Part shown: positions 58,097 to 64,000 of the stretch, one piece after another
Numbering within the stretch: the first letter of the stretch is position 1
Layout: the number at the start of each line of letters is the position of its first letter
Assembly (NCBI GenBank): GCA_963828525.1
Contig: CAWHEP010000011.1
Location: 128,001 to 192,000 of the forward strand
Length of the DNA stretch: 64,000 bases
Origin: an uncultured Verrucomicrobiae bacterium
Lineage (GTDB): Bacteria > Verrucomicrobiota > Verrucomicrobiia > Chthoniobacterales > Chthoniobacteraceae
Reading direction: 5' to 3'
Notes under the pieces: generated by a model
Told to the model about the DNA's origin: nothing
Databases searched by the model: none
The model's input: the letters and a program-made list of their open reading frames with translations, nothing else
Position numbers and translations under genes: made by a program

Positions 58097-59295
58097 GTTC
58101 CCTCCAGAAACCGCTCGATCTGAGTGGTTATTGTGCCGATGTCATACTTCTCGATCACTTCCTGCCGCGCCGTCTCGACCATCGCGCGGCGCAAATCCGG
58201 TTGGCGCTCCATCGTCAGGATCTGGGCCGCGAGATCATCCGCGTCGCCTGTTCGAAAACCCAGGGCGTTTTCCCCGTGGCGCGCCAGTTCCCGGCTGCCT
58301 CCCTCCAGCGTCATTGCCACCGGCAGGCGCGCTGCCATTGCCTCCAGTGGCGTGAGCGCGAAAGGCTCTTCCCAGGCAGAGGTAAAGAGAAGAGCATCAT
58401 ACTCGGCATACACACCGGCCATTTCCGCCGCGTTCGCGCTCTTAAACTCAACGCGATTTCCGAGACTCTCCGCCTCTTTTCGCAGCAGCGCCGTATAAGC
58501 CTCGTCGCCGCGTCCAAACAGCGAGAGGGTGAATTTCTCCGGCAGGAGCTTTAGCGCCCGGATGGCGGTGAGGGGATCCTTGTCTTCCGCAAGCCTCCCT
58601 ACATAGAGCAACCGCGTAAAGCGGTCGCTTTCCGGGCGTCGCGCAAACTTCCGTGTTTCAATACCGCAGTAGATCACGCTGGCATGCTCCAGAGCGTAGC
58701 CCTTCGCTATGGTCAATTGCTTCAAGGCGTCGCTGCAAAAGTAGATTCTGCGGAACTTGATTTCATCCCAGGCGGCGAAAGGCGCCTGCCTTTCAATTCG
58801 AGCGGAAATGCCTGTCGCTTTTAAAAACTCTCGCGCCACCCTTGCAAGCTTCCCGCCTGAATTGCCATTCCACCAACGCAGCCATACATCCGCCTTGAGG
58901 CTCCTGGCGATCCAATGGTCAGAGACGTCGTAGGCCACGCGGAACCCTGAACGCTGCAGCGCAACCGTAAAAGCCTTGCTGATCCCGCCCAGATTCCACA
59001 CATGGACGACGTCTGGCTGAAAGTCAGCCAATTCCTCCTTTAGCACTGCTTGATTTTCCTTCTCCAGCTGAAAGAGCTTTGCAATCCCAAGCCATGGATG
59101 CCCGAAAAATCCGTGTATGCGCAAGCGCCGATGCACGTGACCTTCAACGGTCGGGCCTCCCACGCCGTGAGTTGAGGTGAGGACACGCGCGTCGTGGCCG
59201 CGCCCGCGAAGGATATCTATGATCTGGCGGCACCTTTCTTCGTAGCCGCCGATCGCGTGCGGCGGATAGAGGTTGCTGATCACCAATATCTTCAT
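58093..59295 (-). CDS. GT4 glycosyltransferase
   Basis: MKILVISNLYPP, YVGRL, EPFALTPLEAMA. Confidence 0.9.
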   Translation of the reverse strand: MKILVISNLYPPHAIGGYEERCRQIIDILRGRGHDARVLTSTHGVGGPTVEGHVHRRLRIHGFFGHPWLGIAKLFQLEKENQAVLKEELADFQPDVVHVWNLGGISKAFTVALQRSGFRVAYDVSDHWIARSLKADVWLRWWNGNSGGKLARVAREFLKATGISARIERQAPFAAWDEIKFRRIYFCSDALKQLTIAKGYALEHASVIYCGIETRKFARRPESDRFTRLLYVGRLAEDKDPLTAIRALKLLPEKFTLSLFGRGDEAYTALLRKEAESLGNRVEFKSANAAEMAGVYAEYDALLFTSAWEEPFALTPLEAMAARLPVAMTLEGGSRELARHGENALGFRTGDADDLAAQILTMERQPDLRRAMVETARQEVIEKYDIGTITTQIERFLEGT

Positions 59296-60176
59296 TGGGC
59301 GCTCCGCCCATAGTGTTTCCAACCCGCCCGGTAGCCATCCATCTTGCCCAACCGTTGCGCGAACCGCACTGCCGCTGCGTGCGGCAGTTCGCCAATCTGT
59401 TTTTGACGAACACAATGGACAGCGTCGCGCGCCAAATCCCGGAGCGTTCCCACTCCGACCGTGTAGCGCAAATTGTAATTGCGGGCCGGCGTCTCACTGG
59501 TTGCGGCGAGGGCGAACGTGTCCCCATAAGCCCGTTTGTATGCCTGTTTCAGCGTGTAGTTATGAGAGTGGATTGCCACCGATTTCTCAGCGAATACGAT
59601 CTTCCATCCGTTCGCTTTTATCCTCCGCGACCATTCGTCGTCCTCCGCGTATTGCAGGTCTTCGCGGAATGGGTGCGCTTCCCACGCTTGGCGATTGACT
59701 ATACAGCTCACCATGCTGAAAAAATGATCCCAACTGTGGGATACGCGCCGGACGCCGAAGCACTGCTCATAATCGTGCGCAAACACAGCGCGGCAGTCCG
59801 CTCTCGGAATCTGACGGCTGAATGCCGCGCCCACATTCTTGTCGGTTTGCGCGGCCGCCACCAACTCCGACAGCCATTCGTTGTTTGACGGTTCACCGTC
59901 CGAGTTTAGAAACACAACCCACTCCCCAGCTGATTCACGCATGCCGCGATTCAGCACGATTCCTGGTACATACTCTTCGGCGCGGATTTGAATCAGCTGA
60001 TGAGGGCCGGACGCTTTGATGACCTCCACTGTCTCATCCGTTGATCCCGAATCGATGTGAATGACTTCAACCTTTGCCGGGAAATTCTGCGAATACACAC
60101 CCCGCAACGTTCCCCCAATGAGCGAACCGTCGTTCTTTGATCTCATAACTATGGAGATTGTGGAAGTGCCCGCCAT
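59292..60176 (-). CDS. GT2 glycosyltransferase (rhamnosyltransferase-like)
   Basis: IDSGSTD, FLNSD, FSRQIP, AEDDEW, HSHNYT. Confidence 0.88.
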   Translation of the reverse strand: MAGTSTISIVMRSKNDGSLIGGTLRGVYSQNFPAKVEVIHIDSGSTDETVEVIKASGPHQLIQIRAEEYVPGIVLNRGMRESAGEWVVFLNSDGEPSNNEWLSELVAAAQTDKNVGAAFSRQIPRADCRAVFAHDYEQCFGVRRVSHSWDHFFSMVSCIVNRQAWEAHPFREDLQYAEDDEWSRRIKANGWKIVFAEKSVAIHSHNYTLKQAYKRAYGDTFALAATSETPARNYNLRYTVGVGTLRDLARDAVHCVRQKQIGELPHAAAVRFAQRLGKMDGYRAGWKHYGRSAQ

Positions 60177-60244
60177 TGCTTGTTTGTCTATGCGATTTTT
60201 GAACTGCTCCAACGCTGGGTGCGCAAGTTGCTAACTGTGTCACC

Positions 60245-61906
60245 ATGCCTAAGCAGTCCCCACGCCAGGGAAATCGAATTTTCGTGACGGGACATCGCCG
60301 CCCTGACACCGACTCCGCTGTTTCCGCCTGTGTCGCGGCGCGCCTCAAAGGGTGCCTGGATGCCTCAAATGACTACGAGGCGATCCTGCTGGATGAACCT
60401 AATCGGCAGACCCAATTCGTCTTCGCCAAAGCGGGCATCGCCGCCCCAGAGGTTCGCAACGATATACGTCCCACAGTCGGAGAGACGATGAACCGCCAAT
60501 TCGTCAGCATCCGCCAGGATGCCCATTTGGCGGAGGCCGTGGATCTTCTGCACTCCGCCAGCGGCAGCCTCATTCCTGTGCTCGGCAAGCAGGGAGCGCT
60601 CGCGGGGGTGCTCAGCGATCGCCTTCCTCAAAGCCGCTACTTCTACAATTTCAATCCGGAGGACTATCTCGGCCACCTGATCTATATGGAGGATGCGATC
60701 TCCGCTATCGGTCTGAGGCCGCTCGGTGAGTGCAACGAGGCTGTTTTTTCTGAGGCTCCCGGTTGTTTTCGGCTGGGCTGCGTCTCCGCTTCGATGGCGC
60801 GGGCGAGGTGGTCGAAAGAAGACGTGGTGCTATGTGGGGCCTGCCCGGCAACTCTGGCGCTCGCAAGGGAAGTGAACGCGCGCGCCGTGATCCTCGCGGA
60901 GTGCGACTTACCGGAAGCGGAGTTGCTCGCGAAGGAATACGCTTCCCTCCCGATGTTTTATTTCAACGGCTCGCTCATCAGCCTCGTCTCCCAGCTTGCT
61001 CTTGCCATTTCCGTTTCCGTGATCATGGAGCGCGACTATCCGAAACTGTATGCAAACCAACTTTTGGATGACGTCCGGGAACTGGTGGCGCACACCGCGC
61101 ATGCTTTGCCTGTGGTGGACTCCGAGCAGAAGGTCATCGGTACCCTCTCGAGGGCTGATTTGCTCGAAGAAAAACGTCCAATGTTAATCCTCGTCGATCA
61201 CTTTGAGCGCAACCAGTCGGTCTGCGGGATCGAGCATGCCGAGATACAAGAGATCATCGATCACCATCGGGTCGGCAATATAGAGACGCTCCATCCCGTG
61301 CGCGTGGATTGCAGGCCCGTCGGGAGCACGGCTTCCATTCTTGCCGCGCAATATGCCGAGGCCGGTCTTACTCCTTCGCGCGGCGAAGCGATTCTCCTGC
61401 TGGGAGCCTTGATTTCCGACACTCTCCTGCTGACTTCTCCAACCGCCACGCCGGGAGATTCAATCCTCGCGGCAAAGCTTGCGGAGATCGCGGGAGTGAA
61501 CCTTGAGGAATTCGGGCGGTCCGTTCTCAGGGAGAATGACGAGCTTGCCACCGCCTCACCTGCTGATCTGGTTGAAAAAGATCTTAAGGAGTTTCAGCAT
61601 GGGGCCGTGCGCTTTTCCGCCTCACAGATAGAAACGGTTGACCTCGGAATCCTCACAGCGCGGAGAACAAGCGCTCTTGCGAAGAGCCTGGACGCCATTC
61701 GCCGTGAACTTGGAGTCGCGTTCTCGCTGCTGATGGTCACCGACGTATTTAAAGGTGAGAGCCACGTCATCCTGTCTGACGAGAACCAGGCGCGCGCCGG
61801 AGTTCTGCTGGGAGGTCCCAGTCGAAAATTTGCGGGGATGGTCTCGCGCAAGAAGCAGCTTCTTCCCATGATTTTGGGGAACCTGGAAGTTTTCACCTCG
61901 AGATGA
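60245..61906 (+). CDS. ppaC: CBS/DRTGG-containing family II (Mn-dependent) inorganic pyrophosphatase
   Basis: GHRRPDTDS, LVDHFE, IIDHH, PVGSTASI, ISDTL, SRKKQ. Confidence 0.88.
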   Translation: MPKQSPRQGNRIFVTGHRRPDTDSAVSACVAARLKGCLDASNDYEAILLDEPNRQTQFVFAKAGIAAPEVRNDIRPTVGETMNRQFVSIRQDAHLAEAVDLLHSASGSLIPVLGKQGALAGVLSDRLPQSRYFYNFNPEDYLGHLIYMEDAISAIGLRPLGECNEAVFSEAPGCFRLGCVSASMARARWSKEDVVLCGACPATLALAREVNARAVILAECDLPEAELLAKEYASLPMFYFNGSLISLVSQLALAISVSVIMERDYPKLYANQLLDDVRELVAHTAHALPVVDSEQKVIGTLSRADLLEEKRPMLILVDHFERNQSVCGIEHAEIQEIIDHHRVGNIETLHPVRVDCRPVGSTASILAAQYAEAGLTPSRGEAILLLGALISDTLLLTSPTATPGDSILAAKLAEIAGVNLEEFGRSVLRENDELATASPADLVEKDLKEFQHGAVRFSASQIETVDLGILTARRTSALAKSLDAIRRELGVAFSLLMVTDVFKGESHVILSDENQARAGVLLGGPSRKFAGMVSRKKQLLPMILGNLEVFTSR

Positions 61907-63147
61907 CTCCAAACCGGATAATTCATGTGCCGCGTCGTTTCGTCGCGCATGAATGGGGAGGCACGGAAACCGTCGTCGGTTCGCTCGCCATCGAGCAGCA
62001 GAAAATGGGTCTGCGGCCTGAAATTCATACCTCCCTCGCGCTGAGCGATAACCGGCGGGAAGACTGGAATTCCGTGCCGATCCGCCGTTACTCATACCAG
62101 TATCCTTTTTTCGGACTAAACGCGGTGCAAAAGGCTCAGATGGACAAGAAGGGCGGCAATCTTCTTTCCCTGGGTCTATTTGCCTCGCTGGCTTGTGCCA
62201 GGGATGTTCGCGTCTTCCACGCGCATGCCCTGAAGCGGCTTGGTGGCGAAGTGCTGACCGCCGCGCGAATTCAACGGAAGCCTTTCATCGTCACCCTTCA
62301 TGGTGGTGTGTTCGATGTGCCTTCCGCCGAGTTGAGCCAGATGATGGAAGCGCAGAGCGGCAAGCTGGAGTGGGGAAAGATATTTGGCGCCCTGATGCGC
62401 TCGCGTCGTATCCTCGAAGACGCCGACGCGATCATCTGCGTCGGTCGCAGTGAGTATGATCATGCGTTGAAGTCTCTCAGCCACGACAGGATCCATCATG
62501 TCGGGAACGGCGTTGACGCGGGCCGCTTTGCCCGGGGAGACGGAACAGCCTTTCGCGCCACGAACCACATTCCGGCGGATGCGCTCGTCCTCGCCTGCTA
62601 CAGCCGATTCGACCCGCAGAAAGATCAGGGGACGCTAATTGAGGCGTTCGATATACTTGCTCCGGCGTTCCCCACGCTTCATCTGGTTCTGGCCGGTCCG
62701 AGTACGGTTCCCTCGTTTGTGCAAGGTTTGGATCAGCGCGTGGCAGCAAGCCCGTTCCACAGCAGGATTCGCCGCCTGGACTCGCTTCCTTTTGACGGTG
62801 ACGCCCTGGTCAACGCTTATCACGGTTGCGACATTTTCGTCCTTCCTTCCCGGCATGAGCCATTCGGCATTGTGGTGCTGGAAGCGTGGAGCGCGGGCAA
62901 GCCAGTCGTTGTCAGCCGGGTAGGCGGCTTGCAGCACCTGGTGGCGGAGAACAAGGATGGTCTATTTTTCACTTCGGGGGATGCGGAGCAGTGCGCCGCG
63001 GAGTTGCGCCAGTTGCTCGAAAGCACCGGTTTCAGGGAGAGCCTGGGAGAAGCGGGCCGGCGCAAAGCGGCGGAGACTTACTCCTGGGGGCAAATCGCCC
63101 GCCAGACTGAGGATATCTACAAGCGCGCTGAAGCTCGGCGGGGGTAA
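61903..63147 (+). CDS. GT4 glycosyltransferase
   Basis: GGTET, NGVD, RFDPQKDQ, EPFGIVVLEAWSAG. Confidence 0.9.
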   Translation: MTPNRIIHVPRRFVAHEWGGTETVVGSLAIEQQKMGLRPEIHTSLALSDNRREDWNSVPIRRYSYQYPFFGLNAVQKAQMDKKGGNLLSLGLFASLACARDVRVFHAHALKRLGGEVLTAARIQRKPFIVTLHGGVFDVPSAELSQMMEAQSGKLEWGKIFGALMRSRRILEDADAIICVGRSEYDHALKSLSHDRIHHVGNGVDAGRFARGDGTAFRATNHIPADALVLACYSRFDPQKDQGTLIEAFDILAPAFPTLHLVLAGPSTVPSFVQGLDQRVAASPFHSRIRRLDSLPFDGDALVNAYHGCDIFVLPSRHEPFGIVVLEAWSAGKPVVVSRVGGLQHLVAENKDGLFFTSGDAEQCAAELRQLLESTGFRESLGEAGRRKAAETYSWGQIARQTEDIYKRAEARRG

Positions 63148-63246
63148 AGGGCGCAGGACAGTGGCAAACGGTTCGCTTCGCTTTGGAATGGTATCTGCCT
63201 GCAGGGGCCGGGGATTACAGATGGCAAACCTTAAGGGACTGCCGAG

Positions 63247-64000
63247 ATGACGACGATGGACTTCATCAAGGCGCCGATCATCCTCTTCGGCTACCTGCTC
63301 TTCGCGCCTTTGCTGGGGGTGCTTATCAAACAGTCAAGGAAGGGCCGGTGTTGCGTCTTCGGACTCATGGTCTTCATGACTTCGTGGCACATCAATAAAT
63401 TCACACTCATGCTCCTCTCCGTGGAAAAGTACCGGGGGCACACCAAAGGGTTTGAATTCTCGTTCATTGAGATTCTCGCGCTTTCGCTGATCGTCGCTTC
63501 CGTCCTGGGCCGCCAACCCAAGGATCCTCGCTGGAGGTGGCTTCCCCCCGGCACTTTGCTTTATCTGCTGTATTGCCTGCTCTCGTGGGCATCCATCTTC
63601 GGCGCGCCGAATTTCCTGTACGGCGTGATGGCCGGAGTTCGCTTCACGAAAGTGGTCGTTATCTTCATCGGAGCCTTCCACTTTATTCGCGAGGAGGAGG
63701 ATCTGGGCTTTCTGCTGAAGTCCATGTCTTTTACCCTGGGAGTGCAGTTGATGGTGGTGCTGAAGATGAAGTATGTGGATCACTTCTACCAGATACACGG
63801 CTGGTTCGAGCACCAGAACCCCCTCGCCATGTGGGCTTACCTTTGCGGGCTGCCTCTGCTGGCCTGCGCGATGAGCGATGTTCCCAAAGCCGACACGCGC
63901 TGGTATGCCGGCGGTTTCGCCGCCTCCGCCATCATCGTTCAGAGTTCGCTTTCCCGCGCCTCTCTCATGATGTTTGCCGCCGGGGTCATCCTGGTGGTGG
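63247..64000 (+). CDS. O-antigen ligase/Wzy-like membrane protein, runs off the window end
   Basis: Open hydrophobic frame from ATG 63247 (MTTMDFIKAPIILFGY...); GWFEHQNPLAM and SLSRASL motifs. Confidence 0.75.
   Translation, partial: MTTMDFIKAPIILFGYLLFAPLLGVLIKQSRKGRCCVFGLMVFMTSWHINKFTLMLLSVEKYRGHTKGFEFSFIEILALSLIVASVLGRQPKDPRWRWLPPGTLLYLLYCLLSWASIFGAPNFLYGVMAGVRFTKVVVIFIGAFHFIREEEDLGFLLKSMSFTLGVQLMVVLKMKYVDHFYQIHGWFEHQNPLAMWAYLCGLPLLACAMSDVPKADTRWYAGGFAASAIIVQSSLSRASLMMFAAGVILVV

Noticed and set aside
1..64000. CRISPR array, cas genes or rRNA
   Set aside because: No regularly spaced repeats, cas-like ORFs or rRNA-like sequence seen.

Overview
GC-rich chromosomal window from a PVC-superphylum bacterium, most likely Verrucomicrobiota (PVC signature small basic protein, TIGR02597-like protein, PEP-CTERM protein). 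Housekeeping content: queF-C-E-D, an SF2 helicase, a tandem SPFH pair, squalene-hopene cyclase, copC/copD, an Fe-S assembly trio, PPK2, NDH-2, raiA, actP, an Hsp70, tRNA-Asn, GH2/GH31 hydrolases and part of a polysaccharide locus. It also holds a complete but rearranged Nit1C nitrilase cluster with a LacI regulator inside it, and two decayed islets (about 26.0-27.0 kb and 42.9-49.1 kb) with toxin-antitoxin pairs and gene fragments. The most striking observation is a translationally coupled pair of hypothetical genes at 29018-31698. The first protein carries both PmoC/AmoC-type copper motifs at the expected spacing, followed by a PmoA-like half. The second has PmoB-like topology (signal peptide exposing an N-terminal His, soluble domain, two TM helices, His-rich soluble domains). 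This suggests a divergent two-subunit relative of copper membrane monooxygenases (pMMO/AMO). That call rests on motif comparison from memory, not on a search. Many genes have frameshifts at homopolymers, probably long-read assembly errors.
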